DNA of 64,000 bases from Negaprion brevirostris (lineage: Eukaryota), in assembly GCA_030324005.1 (NCBI GenBank), contig JARDVH010000084.1, forward strand, positions 55,910,336-55,974,335, given 5' to 3'. The translations under genes were made by a program, and so were the position numbers. Positions 24,416 through 37,171 of this stretch are shown here, one piece after another; position 1 is the stretch's first letter, and the number at the start of each line of letters is the position of its first letter. A model generated the notes under the pieces. The model ran no database searches and was not told where the DNA came from. It saw nothing but the letters and a program-made list of their open reading frames with translations.

Positions 24416-26055
24416 CTGAATTAATTCTACTGTCTGCCTCGCAAATCTTTTAAAGACACTGATATTTTTGTCTGCACACACAATCCCCCGGTTGCATTCT
24501 TTTTGTTGCACAGTTGGATGTTTGGATATCAGTATCCTGCCATGTTTCTTAACAGTCACTTTAAACACAAGTATTAAGGAGAATGAAACTTGCAATTGGC
24601 AGAATAAATCCAAAGAATACTGGAGGGTGCTAACAATCAATGTTTAAAAGGGACCCAGATGTGAGAATCATTGTCAATAAGATGTGTGCCAATTAGAATT
24701 TCTATTTTCAAAATGGAGAATGAGAAGTTTATTTACAATAAATTAATAAAAATATCTTATTATACATTCCACATTAATCAATGTAGTAATGTTAAGAAAT
24801 TCAACACGAATTCAAATGGTAAAATTACCACATGACTGCATCACCTCATAAACGAGTTAATGAGAATGAAAGAGGAGCCTGTGAAAACACAGTCCTTCAG
24901 AAAATCTTAAAACAAGCCCTCAGAAGGGAAATAATTGACCCCTGCTTGGAAGTAAATGGACAGTTTAAAACACAACTGACATTTTCAAAACCCCTCTGGT
25001 TTTTGGAAACTCACAATCCATCCACTGTTAACCCATAGGCTTTTGCCATTGTGTCCAAGTGTAAAGACCTTGCACCTTCTTTCCAGCAAAATCTAGGTCC
25101 TTTTTAATCTCTTAACAATCAAACCATCCCCTTTTAGAATGACAGCTTTCCTCCTCTCACCACTGCAACTCCACCAGCACTCTTGCTGCTGTCGATCAGC
25201 CAGCCAGCCGCTCAGCACAATCTGCTGCCAACAATTCCAGTGGCACAGGTCAAAGCCTCACCTTCTAGGACTGGAACTATCCAAAGTCATCCTGCAAAGA
25301 CATCTGCAATCTCTTCACTGAAAGTCAACTCCTTCCCTCAGCCAAGCTGCAGACTCTGTGGGGAGTTATCTCAGACACATGGAAGACAGATACTAAGGAA
25401 GTACTCAAGGTTGATAAATTGACTTTTGTATCTGATTAGTCATGATCTTATTGAATGGTGGAGCAGACTCAATGAACCAAATAGCCAACTTCTGATTTTA
25501 TGTCTTATGGTCTTATGGTATGGATTGTTAGATGGTTTGATTGATAAAGCTGGTTTGGAATATTTGTTTCATGTTGGCTTTTGTTTCAGCATTGTGGCCA
25601 AGATGGTCAAGTATGGGACTTCTGGTGAATGATGAATTGGAGTTGTGGTTACTGGTACCTTAGCCTAATGAGTGAATCACAAACAGCCTGGTCAGGAAGG
25701 GGATGTGTTGGTTACCTTCTTCCTTTCCACAGCTGAGCGTATTCAAAAAATTGTGGGCAGCGGGTGTAGATTCAGAAAGAAAAACATTATAAGGTTATAT
25801 TTCAGAGAATTATTGACCATTAGATTAGGATGAACTTTGGAGCAAACTACTGGCTGGTGTAGTAGATGCAGATTCACTGTAAACAGGGAGCTAGAGAAAG
25901 TCTTGGAGGAGGCTGATATTGCTGGTTATAAAAGATAAGTAGAACGTAGACTGATATATCTTACGATCATTGTAAACTCCAGGGACTTAATTTACCCACC
26001 TTGGAGATACAGAGAGAAATTTCCCAGAATTCTTTATTCTCCTAAATACACCATG

Positions 26056-26952
26056 GGGGTGATCTTAACAAAACAATTTGAAGTGTGGGACGAGCATGAA
26101 ATCTGTTTTTTATGGTGAGATCACAAATGAAATCTTATGGCATTTTATGCAAAGAATGATACNNNNNNNNNNNNNNNNNNNNNNNNNNNNNNNNNNNNNN
26201 NNNNNNNNNNNNNNNNNNNNNNNNNNNNNNNNNNNNNNNNNNNNNNNNNNNNNNNNNNNNNNNNNNNNNNNNNNTGCCAGCACCCCTGTCCCAGTTGATT
26301 GCCCACATCCCTGTCCTGAGCCAGCCAATCTCACCGCACCCCCCCCACACCCGCCCCCCCAACACAGCCCAGTCGAAAGCTCCCCCAGCTCGGTCACCAG
26401 TTGCAGAGTGCGCAGCTCCCCTCGCCCACCTCCCCTTAGGTCTCACCTCTCTCAAACCCTCCTCTCCTTTCTTTAAACCCTGTCCCCCTGAGGCCCCGCC
26501 CCTTGGTACTGCCTAGTGCCCGGTGGGCAGCGCCAGGCTGACTGCCAAGGAGGACTGCCCTCCCCCCCCACCCCGCCTCACCATCCCCCAACCTCCCAGG
26601 GGGCCTTAATGGCCTCCGGTCCCACCGGCAAGGCCACCATGTCAAGTCCCTGTTGATGAGGATCATACGTGAACTTTGCTGATGGGGACCTTCATTCGTG
26701 AGGCCAGTAAGGCAGGTGAGCCCAGACAGTTGCATCACAGGCTCACTAATGGTATTTAAATCAGCAATGAAATTGATCAATGTATTATAATCACAGCCTT
26801 GCACTCTTCCTGAGCGCAAGGCTGATCATGCCAGAAATCCACGGCCAGTAAGATCGCAAGAGGCAAGAAACTGGGCACGAACCTGAGTTTTCATGCAATC
26901 TTACCGGCTTGCCCTGCCCGTCAACTGGTCTGATTGGCAGGTAAGATCACCC
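26056..26952. mobile_element. Non-autonomous Harbinger-like DNA element
   Basis: Clear TIRs gggtgatctta (26057-26067) / taagatcaccc (26942-26952); GC-rich core. Confidence 0.8.
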
Positions 26953-27169
26953 ATTCTGGGTTTATGAGCAAATCTATTTATTTCAGATTATATGGGTTGT
27001 GGAAGAATGTGGGGTGGAGATGTTAAGAAGCATTAGGGGTTGTGTTGCTTAATTGCAACATGGCTCAACGGACCAACTGTACTTTTACTGTCAGCCTTTC
27101 CGTGTGTTAGCAAACTGTAGAGAGAAGAGATTTTCCAAAGGAAGCTGATTGGTGAAGGCAAAAAAATCT

Positions 27170-27614
27170 ATAATGCAGAACCCAATGCCTCTCTTCTGCT
27201 TTAGTTTTTCCTTTTTCCTGGAAACTACAGGGTTTTAAACCCAAACTTAATGGAGTTCAAATTTCTCAGTCTAGCTGGTAAATTAGAGCTATAGCAGAAC
27301 AATTGCACACTCTGTCAGCACCCACAAGTGTTGGTTTTTACCTTACATGGAGGAATCCATTGGGTGAACTTGGGAACAGGCTCTGGTAAGAGGAGGCAGG
27401 GGTGCTACAGACACTGAGGCTCATCAGGGGGAGAGAGGGTGCCATTGTCACTGGGGTGCAAGGGACATCCACCCCCACTAGACTGGCTAACTCTAAGGGA
27501 CAGGAACAAGAGGGGGTTGCTGAGAGGAGGAAGGAGAGTGGGGAGCGGAGGAAGGAGGGTGGGGAGCGGATGCCTCAGCCTCTCAATCTGCATAACAGGT
27601 TTGAGGTTCTTGCT
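27170..27614 (+). mobile_element. CR1 LINE ORF1-region fragment
   Basis: PQPLNLHNRFEVL resembles the L.NRF..L motif of CR1 ORF1; truncated by N gap. Confidence 0.55.
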
Positions 27615-27885
27615 NNNNNNNNNNNNNNNNNNNNNNNNNNNNNNNNNNNNNNNNNNNNNNNNNNNNNNNNNNNNNNNNNNNNNNNNNNNNNNNNNNNNNN
27701 NNNNNNNNNNNNNNNNNNNNNNNNNNNNNNNNNNNNNNNNNNNNNNNNNNNNNNNNNNNNNNNNNNNNNNNNNNNNNNNNNNNNNNNNNNNNNNNNNNNN
27801 NNNNNNNNNNNNNNNNNNNNNNNNNNNNNNNNNNNNNNNNNNNNNNNNNNNNNNNNNNNNNNNNNNNNNNNNNNNNNNNNNNNNN

Positions 27886-28060
27886 GCGCTGCTCCTTCAT
27901 CAGATCAGTGGAAGTTCTGTCCATAAACAGGGCATATAAAGACACAAACTCAATTCACAAAATAATGGTTGGAATGCAAGTCTTAACAGGTGATCAAGTC
28001 TTAAAGGTCCAGACAACATGAATGGAGGGAGGTTTAAGCATAGGTTAAAGAGATGTGTAT
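27886..28060. mobile_element. Penelope-like terminal fragment
   Basis: gcgctgctccttcatcagatcagtgg (rc CTGATGAaggagcagcgc, partial hammerhead), continuing like 31560-31660. Confidence 0.7.
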
Positions 28061-28372
28061 TGTCTCCAGATAGGACAGCTAGTGAGACTTTGCACACACT
28101 GAGGCAGGGTTAGTGCCAAGAAGCAGCAGCTGGGATGATCCAGCATACGGTTCATGAGATCTACACAAAGTTGCCTTGCTGCATTTACTCTCAGTTCTTA
28201 CTGCTTGGAAAAGATGGTGATAGGCTAACCTTCTAACTTCCCTCATCAAATCTCCAAGCACTTTGAACCTTGACAGACATCCAGCACTTTGCGTCATGCC
28301 AAGATTTCTCATTTTTAAGAAGTTTACCCTTTAAGATCTCCAATTCTGTGAAACACTGGGGTTTAGGATTAA

Positions 28373-28965
28373 GGTTAGGATGATCTTGAGCTTGCATTCA
28401 CCATCCGAGCAAATGCCAGCGGGGGCTCAAACTGCGGAAGTCACAGTTCTTGCCGGCGAGAACACAACTCCAGATCTATCTCACCCTTCTCCAGCGATGT
28501 CATTGGTGCCCATAATAGCGTGAACTTGATTTACATGTAATTGCATACATTTTAGTATGAGTAAACACCCCCCTTCAAATATTGGTGCAGACCACAGTAG
28601 TTTCACACGGGTGTGAACCTGTTGTGGGGTTCTCCCCAATGGCACATTAAGCATAGTCCCAAGGGGAGAGGGGCATGGCGAAGCAATGCCCTGACAATGC
28701 CCCCTGACACTGCCCTTTGGCACAAGTGAGTACTCCCAGGTTGGCTCCATGCCTATGACAGCCTGGCAGTGTGCCACCCTGGCAGTGTGCCAACCTGGCA
28801 ATGGCCATGGGGGAGGCTGATGGTCACGAGGCAGAGGAAACGGGGACGATGCTTGATTTTTGTGGAAGAGTGTCATAAGATCTGGAGAGAAAAATTGACC
28901 GATTTCTCTGGAAACTCACTTGTTTTCTCACCAGAAACAACACTCTTGCCATTTTTGGTAAGATT
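28373..28965. mobile_element. Non-autonomous Harbinger-like DNA element
   Basis: ggatgatcttg ... ggtaagattt ends; ggcagtgtgcc GC core; related to 26056-26952 in opposite orientation. Confidence 0.6.
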
Positions 28966-29889
28966 TCTTTGATTCTCAGAGTGTTTTGTTTTGCACCTAT
29001 GTTCAGTTTTATGTAAGCTATTGGAATTTTCCCCACTGTTGAAAAAACACACGAAGCTGACATTGAGAAATGGAATTTTCAATGTTTATCATCTTTGTAA
29101 TTGGTATTTATAATTTTCTCTTCTGGTGCATTTTTTTCTTATTATATGCTCCAAACAAGGATTAAGTAAGTATTCTTCAATAGTTTCTGCCTGGGAATTG
29201 TGGGCTTAGTCAGAACCTTTGAATCAAAGCTTCTGTGTTGTTTCATTTACTTTAGCTAAAGCTACCACACAAATTCCAACATAAATTGCTCTCACAACTG
29301 TGGAGTACTGCATCATACTTCAAATGCACAGAATGTGGAAAATCAAATGAGATTGAAGAGGACTACAGGACTTGGACAAGGCGACCAGGGTGCACAAAGG
29401 AAAACACCGGAGCAGATAACTTCAGGCTTTCTGATGAAGCTTCATCCACAGAGCAAGCCTTGCCCACACAAACTCTGGGCGGACTGGCCTGCCAACCCAA
29501 GTTTCTTAAGGGTAGTAGATATGTTTCCAGTCGTTTTAGGTATTTTTCTATATCCTTAGGTGATATTTTTTCTCCACTTGTTAGTCATTTTTTTGTTCAG
29601 TTATCCATTTTTTTTAATGCTTGTCAGGATATTTTGGTCCTTATCCATCAATGCTTTGGTTCGATATTCTTGGTTGCTGTTTGACTTTGATGTCATGGCT
29701 CACAAAGCAATGGGATTCTTCTGGAGGTCGAATGCATACTGAACAATTGAGATGAGGAAGAGGAGTTCATGAAGATCTGAGGTATGGAAGTGTACAAACC
29801 TGCGAGACTGGAACCCAAAGCATATATGACATTTCGGAAGGACACAAAGCTAAGAAAAGATGATGTGCAACTCTTTTACTTAGAATATC

Positions 29890-31467
29890 ACAACTATGTA
29901 TAGTAGTGAGACATTACCTTAGTTCAGAAGATTAAGATGTAGAATCAGTTTGGGTAGAAATGAGAAATAGCATAGATAAGAAATCACTTGTGAGAGTAGG
30001 CACATAACAGTAGCTACACTTCAGGACAGTGTACAAGAAGAAATAAAGGGGTTTATAAGGAAGAAACTGCAATAATCAAGGATTTCAATCTTCATTTAGT
30101 TAAACAAATCAGTTTGGCAAAGATAGGATCTATTCTCCCAAAAAAAATGCTAAGCGCCAAATTTGAGTTTCAAAATAAATCTCCCATGTTCTGTGCTCTG
30201 CAGAGTGCACAAGCGTAAATCACACTGCAAATCAGTGGGTGGAACCTATCCCCGCTGGAGGAGTTGGCAGCATAGCACTGAGCAGGCCACTGCGCATGCA
30301 CCAATCTGACAGCATAGAGATCGGTGTATTCGCAGTGATCCATCTGCCGACTCCCACCTCCAATGGCCCAATCGCTGTCCCCCCTCCGCGCAGGNNNNNN
30401 NNNNCCCCCACAGCCCCAACCCCTCCATGCAATTCAGACAACCCCCTCCCCCACAGTCCTGGCTAATAAATTAGCTTGACGGGATGGGAGAATTGCTCCA
30501 TAATCTAGAAGCTGATTCATAGGGCAGAGTTTTCCAACTGTTCATGCAGAAGGATCTTCTGGTCCCATCATGGGTTTCATGGCAGTGAGGAGTGCATTCA
30601 TCGAAAAACCCTGTTGACCATGACAGAAGCAGAAGATCCCGCTGCCATCCAATGGCAAACTGCCTCCGCCACCATGAAACGCGTGGTGGTTTACACAGAA
30701 AGTCCCGCCTAAAGGCTGCATTCAGGACAATCCCAGGGATCAGGAGGGAAAACTTAAAAGAATCATGGTCACTCAGGAAAGGTACTGGGAAAATTATTAC
30801 AATCTAAACTGACAAGTCCCGTGGACCTGATGGCTTGTAACCTAGGACCTTAAAAGAAGTGGCTGCAGATATGATAAATGCAGTGGTTGTGAGCTTCCAA
30901 ATTCCCTGGATTCTGGAAAGATTCCAGTGGATTGTCCTCAATTCAAGAAAAGGTGGACGACAGAAAGCAGGAAACTATACGCCAGTTAGCCTAAAATCTG
31001 TCATATCAAAAATGCTACAATCCTGTCATAAAGAAATAGCAGCAAAGGATTTATAAATCATAACACAATCAGGCAGTCAATGCAGTTTTGTAAAAGGGAA
31101 TTCATGTTTGAGGAAATAATAAGCAAGTATATATTAGAGAATCTATGGATGTGGTGTACTTGGGTTTCCAAAAGGCATTGGATAAAGTGCCACATAAAAG
31201 GTTACCACACAAAATAACAGCCAGAGTTCTCCGACACTGTTCACCACTGCCAGTGAGAACAGAGAATTTGGCATTCAACCAAATCACTATTCACAGCAGT
31301 AGGACTGGAGAATCCCAGCTGCAAACAAGGTTGGAGAATCTCAGACAGGAATGTACGGTGTTGGAAGGAAAATATTAGCATGGATGGAGGATATTTTAGC
31401 TAACAAAAAACACTAAATAGGAATGAATAAGTCATTTTCAAGTTAGCAAGCTGTTCCTTGTGGAGTG
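29890..31467 (+). mobile_element. CR1 LINE ORF2 fragments interrupted by DNA elements
   Basis: Endonuclease-region DVESVWVEMRN (~29935), KGGRQKAGNYTPVSL, MDVVYLGFQKALDKVPHKRL; insertions at ~30126-30460, 30522-30709 and ~31218-31345. Confidence 0.85.
30522..30709. mobile_element. Tourist/Harbinger-like MITE
   Basis: gggcagagttttcc ... agaaagtcccgcc TIRs. Confidence 0.75.
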
Positions 31468-31670
31468 CACACAGTAAAAAGTCTGACAACACCAGATTTT
31501 AGTCCAACCGATTTATTTGATAGTAAACTCACAAGCTTTCGAGGGGACTCCCTCTTCGTCAGGTGAATGGAGAGTTCTGGCCTCGGACAGAGCATATACA
31601 GCACAGACAGTTTAGAGATTACTGATTAGAATGCGAATCTTTACACCTAACCTGCTGTTCAAGTCCTAAA
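31468..31670. mobile_element. Penelope-like terminal fragment
   Basis: cacacagtaaaaagtctgacaacaccag...gtccaacc.atttattt head as at 9094 and 16469. Confidence 0.8.
31528..31567 (-). ncRNA. Minimal type I hammerhead ribozyme motif (PLE-associated)
   Basis: ttcac CTGACGA a gaggg agtc ccctc GAAA gc tt gtgag: intact core, 5-bp stem II, stem I ttcac/gtgag, palindromic AAGCTT in place of stem III. Confidence 0.75.
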
Positions 31671-31689
31671 GTACCACTTCAGGATTTTT

Positions 31690-32000
31690 CTCTCTCCTTT
31701 TTGTAGAGTCTTGACCTAGGGTACACAAACTAAAAACTAAATGTCCCCCACTTGAGATTGAGACTAGGAGAGATTTTTTTTTCCTCTCAGAGGGTCATCA
31801 GTCTGTGAAATTCTCGTCCCCAGAGAGCAGTGGAGGCTGGGTCGTTGAATTTACTCAAGGCCAAGTTAAATAGATTTTGAACAGGATAATGGAGAGACAG
31901 ACGGGAAAGTGGAGTTGAGGCCACATTCAGATTAGCCATCATCTTGCAAATGATAGAGCTAGGCTGAGGGACCGAATGGCTTGCTCCTGTTCCTAATTGC
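31690..32000 (+). mobile_element. CR1 LINE 3' end
   Basis: ORF2 end (FSQRVISL*NSRPQRAVEAGSLNLLK) and 3' UTR gggaaagtggagttgaggccac...gaatggcttgctcctgttcct. Confidence 0.8.
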
Positions 32001-33599
32001 TGTGTGCACATCCAGATCATGCCCATTATTGCCCTGGGGCCTGTGTTTGTAAATTCTTCTATGTCCACTTTGACATGTCTAAAGAGATGCCTTTGCCAGT
32101 TCTGTTTCTCAAGACAGAATGCCAGAGAGTTGTGCCATCTGCTGCCTAAACATCTGCACACAAATTAGAAAACTGCTGAATCTGTGGGAACTCTTCATTT
32201 AAAAGCCAAGGTGACCACAGCACAGTTTTCATCTATTAGGCCTTTCCAGAGCACCATAACAGACATGTGACACATCGGTGCTCCCAAACATAACACAAAT
32301 GTATTATTTGCTATTTGCAATGGCAACAATTCTTCATTTTTCCCGTGGATGAGAGATATGTATTACAGAGAATGGAAAGTTCTAAGAGGTACCTGAGCTC
32401 CCTGATCAGTAAAGATTTGAACATGGTTATCATGGGCATCAGATCTCTTCACATTAATGTCATGGCTGTCATGAATAGAAAGGGTTTGCATTCAGAATTC
32501 AGAATTATTACGCACATCAGTTATGATGCCCTCATTATGCAATGTGCCAAAGCATCCACACTGAAGAAGAAGAAACGCATCCTCTACATCCAATACAGCT
32601 GCCCTCAGTGAAAAAAATCTCCTGTCATAAGAGGAGCCCCTGTACATTCCAGACCTTCTGACGCCATCTCATCCACATTCAAGAATAGTGTGCCATGGAA
32701 ATTGGGCACAACAAAAGAGGCTGTAAAATAAGGCATAATTTTATGCAGTGTGAAAAAATGGAGCACACCTTACTCCTCTTATCAGCCCATGTGCCTTTGC
32801 AGTATTACCCACAATATTTTTGCATCCAAGGCAGCAGAATTGCACATCTCTTCATTGTACCATTGTGATCAAATATGTCTATTGTTTCTATCATCTAGAT
32901 TAAGTCCCTTCTTATGGCTGCTGTCCTGTTGGATATTGCACCTCTACTCAAATGTGCTGCTGAGCAAGTTCTCTAGTAGCCTGTTCAAAATCTGCTATGC
33001 TCTGTTCCCTTAGATACCAGTGTAAATGTACTACCAACATGAGTCAACACAACCCATTTTGCTTGTCTCAAAGTTGGGGTTAATCTTTCCACCTCTGAGA
33101 TCTGGATTTAAATTCAAATATCACAAATGTACAACTGGATAGCTGCTCTGAAGTTGGTATCATGAAACATTATTGACTCAGTGTAAAGGGAACTTTACTG
33201 TCTCTAAATTATGCTGCATTTGAATTGGAAATACCTGATGGTACGAAGGTTGTTTTACTTTGCATTGAAGTTGCATTCCATGTGTTCTCAAAGTGCTTGA
33301 TTAGGCAAAGTTGGTGAAGCTTTAATTTACGTCTAACCTATGTCAGAAATTCAGTGGGGAGGAATTCTCCTTTGCAAACCCACCCAGAAGCAGGTGGGAT
33401 CATGGTGCAGAACATTGGCAAAGTCATATAGTGAGACGCCCTCATCCCAACTAGAACCACCAATGCCTGTTCCTTCCTTGTCAACATGTACAAATAATAT
33501 TTTGCATGGGGCCAGGGTCTGGTTTGGAAGCCCTCCACACTCAGACACAACTCCTGCAAATGGCTGGGCATTATGTGCTGAATTGCTCATCTTCAGACT

Positions 33600-34080
33600 C
33601 TCACCTCGAAAACACAAGACAGGAGTATGATGAATTATTCTGCAGTTACCTGGATGGGCCCAAAGCTGCGACAGTGCTTAAGGAGCTTGATCCATAATCA
33701 AAAGCAGTAAGCTTTATCAATAATTCACTCATGGTCCTTAACATCCACCCCTTTTACCGGTTCACAATGTTTGTGTACTATTCACCAATATTTTTTGACA
33801 GTCCCAAACACATTAGCTCTTAGAAGGACATGGGCAGCAAGTCCATGAAAATATCACTTCCTTCATGTTTCCACCATTCTAACTTGGACATATAGCATTG
33901 TTTCTATTATTGGGGCAAAATCCTGGAACTCTCTCCCTAACAGCACTCCAGGTGTACCTACACCACATGGACAGCAACAGTGCCAGGAGACAACTCACCT
34001 CTACTTTCTCAAAGGCAATTAGGCATCTGCAATAAATGCTGGCCTTTTCAGAGAGGGCCACATTCTGAGAATGGATAAGA
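33600..34080 (+). mobile_element. Old LINE (CR1/L2 group) 3' remnant
   Basis: aaatcctggaactctctccctaacagcac...ttctcaaaggcaattagg...aataaatgctggcc tail, also seen at 22090-22239 (rc) and 51560-51725. Confidence 0.65.
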
Positions 34081-34161
34081 GAAAGGGATCTTGCACAGAG
34101 AACCAGGGCATCAGTGAAATGGAAATATAAGTACAGTGTGTGAGGAAACTGATGTACTTAT

Positions 34162-34467
34162 CAGATCCACTCTTATCTGTCCTAGCTGCTACCAGAAGAT
34201 CCTGAGGCCCAAGGATCCTATTGAAGAGGAATAGCAAACACTTGGCATGATGATCAGCAACTCTCCTCAGACCCCACATTCAAGGACAGTCCTGGTGCAA
34301 TCGTCATTGTCAGCCTTCTGAGGCAAGCATAAAGCAAGTGAGGAAAAGAACAACCTACGTACCTTCCTATCTCCTTTCAGTAGTAAAACCTGGTTTGCCC
34401 CTATAGTGGGTGTAGATCCACATATGATCAACCAGGCTACCCAAGGGCTGCACAAAGAGATGGAGAT
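34162..34467 (-). pseudogene. Candidate pseudo-exon with mutated donor
   Basis: Acceptor ttatttcAG|ATC; end TG|ATAAGT (G+1 to A from GTAAGT). Confidence 0.35.
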
Positions 34468-35896
34468 CTGAAATAACAGGTCTCCAGTCCTTTTCCTCTT
34501 TGTTACAGCTAGAAATTGAGGGTAATCTTCCCACAAATTTTTAATCACCTTAATGAAGTGCACCAACTTGTTAAAACTGATGAATGCCACCAAATGGGAA
34601 ATTATTTGGCACAGGAGTGGTGTTAAGTTATAGAAAATATTACACAAACTGGATAAAACACAGTTCCTATGTTGGCTTTAAAAGTTTTTGTGAAAACCTT
34701 TAACTTTCCAAAGTGGAAATTGCTTATGAACATCACATGATAAAACATTATACTAATGCCACATAATCATCTCCATACACTGACCAAAATACAAATCTTA
34801 GATCAAAATTCTTTCTTAATGTCTTTCTACCTCCCACATGCACAATTCAATCATCAAAATTTAATAATTTAAAGCCAAAAATCTTTTTCATACTGTAATT
34901 TAATTAGCGAAAAGCTAACTTATTTACTGTGCCTTATAAGTTTATTACACAATAGTTTCCTCTGTTTCTTTCTGCAATAATTTCGGGTGAATCAGCCCTT
35001 GTTTGGTTTCATTGTCTGCGTTTAGCTGGATTGTGGTTACAGTAGAAATGTCAATTATCCAAAGCAATTGAGACCAGGGATGTCTAGATTTTTTTTTGTT
35101 TGGCTAATGAAACACCAATCAAGAAAAACATTGCTTTGTGCTTTTCCTTTCATTGCAGAAAGTAATAATGTGCTGGGCACTTAGATCTTCAATTCATTAT
35201 ACTCAGAACAACTGTGCAAACATCTGTGAAGTAATTAACTGCACTCTCTCTGCCACAAATCTGTAATACAAAGCACTATACCCAGGCACCTGTAACACTA
35301 TAAATTCTATCAAACCTACAGCTGTACTGTAACAAATTATATCCATGTACTTACCACATAATAAACTACATCCCTCCATCTACACTGCTGCACTAAACTG
35401 CTTAAATGCAGCTGTATTTCAATAAATATTTTTCCCATTAACACAGGAGTTCTAAATGGTCTATCATCCTCTCCACTCTGTTCCTTCTTTACATCAAAGA
35501 TCTCAGCCACTGATACATTCAACATCCAACATATCCACTCCTTCACTCAACAGTGCATTTTACAGTTCAATAGTCGAACCACTCCAATTTCATCTCCAAA
35601 CCCTCTATTGGGGTGCAGGATATATCATTTATTTCAAATTTTGAACAACTTTGAGTTTCTTCATTCATCCAGCAAGCCTCCACAACTGCCTGAAATTGCT
35701 TTGATGGTTCTACACTTACTCCTTCTTCAATGGTTGATGTTTTTAGACAGCCTCACATCTTTCCTTATGTTAAAGTCTCACATCTTCTCTATTACATTGA
35801 AGGAGTTTAGTTTCCTCTTTCCGGTCAAACACAGCTATACCCTGTAACAACTTTTTAAATTCTGCAATGCCATGCCCCCAGTGGTGAGCTGTGCTC

Positions 35897-36030
35897 ACAG
35901 ATATTGGGTGGGGCATTCCGGCCATTCTTGCCCCAAAACTGGAAAATCCCACCCAAGGTCAACATGCCTTTCCATGGTCAGCCCCCACCCGCTATGATTC
36001 CCGAGGAGGGTGGAATTGGAAAATTCACCC
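35897..36030. mobile_element. Tourist/Harbinger-like MITE
   Basis: gggtggggcattcc ... ggaaaattcaccc. Confidence 0.7.
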
Positions 36031-36611
36031 CATATAATGTTTCAAAGGATAAGGGCTGAGAATGCAGAAACCAAGGAACCTTCCTCTCGGTCTACAAAGC
36101 CCAAATCTACCCAATTTGCAAATGCAGCTCCCATTTCTGGCTTCAGCCCTTTAGTAGATTTTAGACAGGGCATAAAGAACATCTCTTTGAAAACCCAGGA
36201 CTGAATTTGATAGGAACAGCTGGAGTCTGGCTATTACTGGCATCAAAAGGAGATCCTGCTTAAGAAGACAACACATCTTAAGCAGGGAGGCATGGTCCCA
36301 GGGTGGCACATTATGTGATTGCTGACGCCCTGATCAAGAAAGGTGAAGAGCTGCCGGCCCAATCAAATGGGGGAGGGGTGGGATCATCCTTAATTGGCCA
36401 CCATAAAAGCTCAATTGGCTCCTGCCAGTTAGTTAGACAGCTTTCCAACTGCTGGCAAAATGGCAATGGGAAGGCAGAAAACACAGCTCCTCCAAAACCT
36501 TCCCATCTCCAGTACATCACCAAAAGGTTGATAAAATTCTATCTTTGACTCACCTCGAGTGTTCAATCTTTCTCTACTGTGATTCACCCATTCTCAGACT
36601 AACTTCTCTCA

Positions 36612-36966
36612 CTGGCAGTGGCAGCACAATGGTTAGCAAGGCTGCCCCACAGCACCAGGGACCAGGTGCAATTCCAGCCTTGGCTGACTGTTTGTGTGTA
36701 CATTCTTCCCATGTCTGCGTGGGTTTCCCCCGGGTGCTCCAGTTTCCCCCACAGTCAAAAGATGACGTGAATTAGGTGGACTGGCCATGCTAAATTGGCC
36801 CATAATATCCAAAAATGAGTAAATTAAGTAGATTAGCCATGGAAAATGTGCAGGGTTCCAGGGATATGACGGGGGAGTGGACCTAAGTAGAGTGATCTTT
36901 CACAGGGTTGGTGCAGACTCAATGGGCTGAATGCCCTCCTTCTGCTCTGTAGGGATTCTATGAATC
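36612..36966 (+). mobile_element. HE1/V-SINE-like tRNA-derived SINE
   Basis: tRNA-like head (tggttagca..gctgcc.cacagcaccaggg), V-domain gtctgcgtgggtttcccccgggtgctccagtttcc, CR1-like tail ending gattctatga. Confidence 0.88.
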
Positions 36967-37171
36967 GTGCTGGTACTGGGTGTATCTGTCAGTTGGGATT
37001 CAGCCCCGTGACAGATTTAAATATATGNNNNNNNNNNNNNNNNNNNNNNNNNNNNNNNNNNNNNNNNNNNNNNNNNNNNNNNNNNNNNGGGCAGTATTCC
37101 ACCAGCCCTCCCCCCCCCCCAAAACACAGACACACATACACAAACACACACACAAACCCACATCTCCAGCT

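Larger units (their letters stand above)
24829..32720 (-). pseudogene. Candidate giant pseudo-exon fragmented by many TE insertions
   Basis: Acceptor ttattttacAG|CCT at 32720, donor ATGTG|GTAATT at 24829; coding-like islands at ~32000-32720, 28970-29880, 28070-28350, 25520-26050 and 24829-25400 (e.g. KDIEKYLKRLETYLLPLRNLG..SVDEASSESLK). Confidence 0.4.

Noticed and set aside
29286-29684. 132-aa plus-strand ORF with FKCTECGK zinc-finger-like start
   Set aside because: Lacks the His pair of a C2H2 finger; probably the antisense shadow of the minus-strand pseudo-exon
36612-36700. tRNA-like sequences (also 49896, 55290, 56378)
   Set aside because: SINE heads with A/B-box similarity, followed by a V-domain and tail; no full cloverleaf
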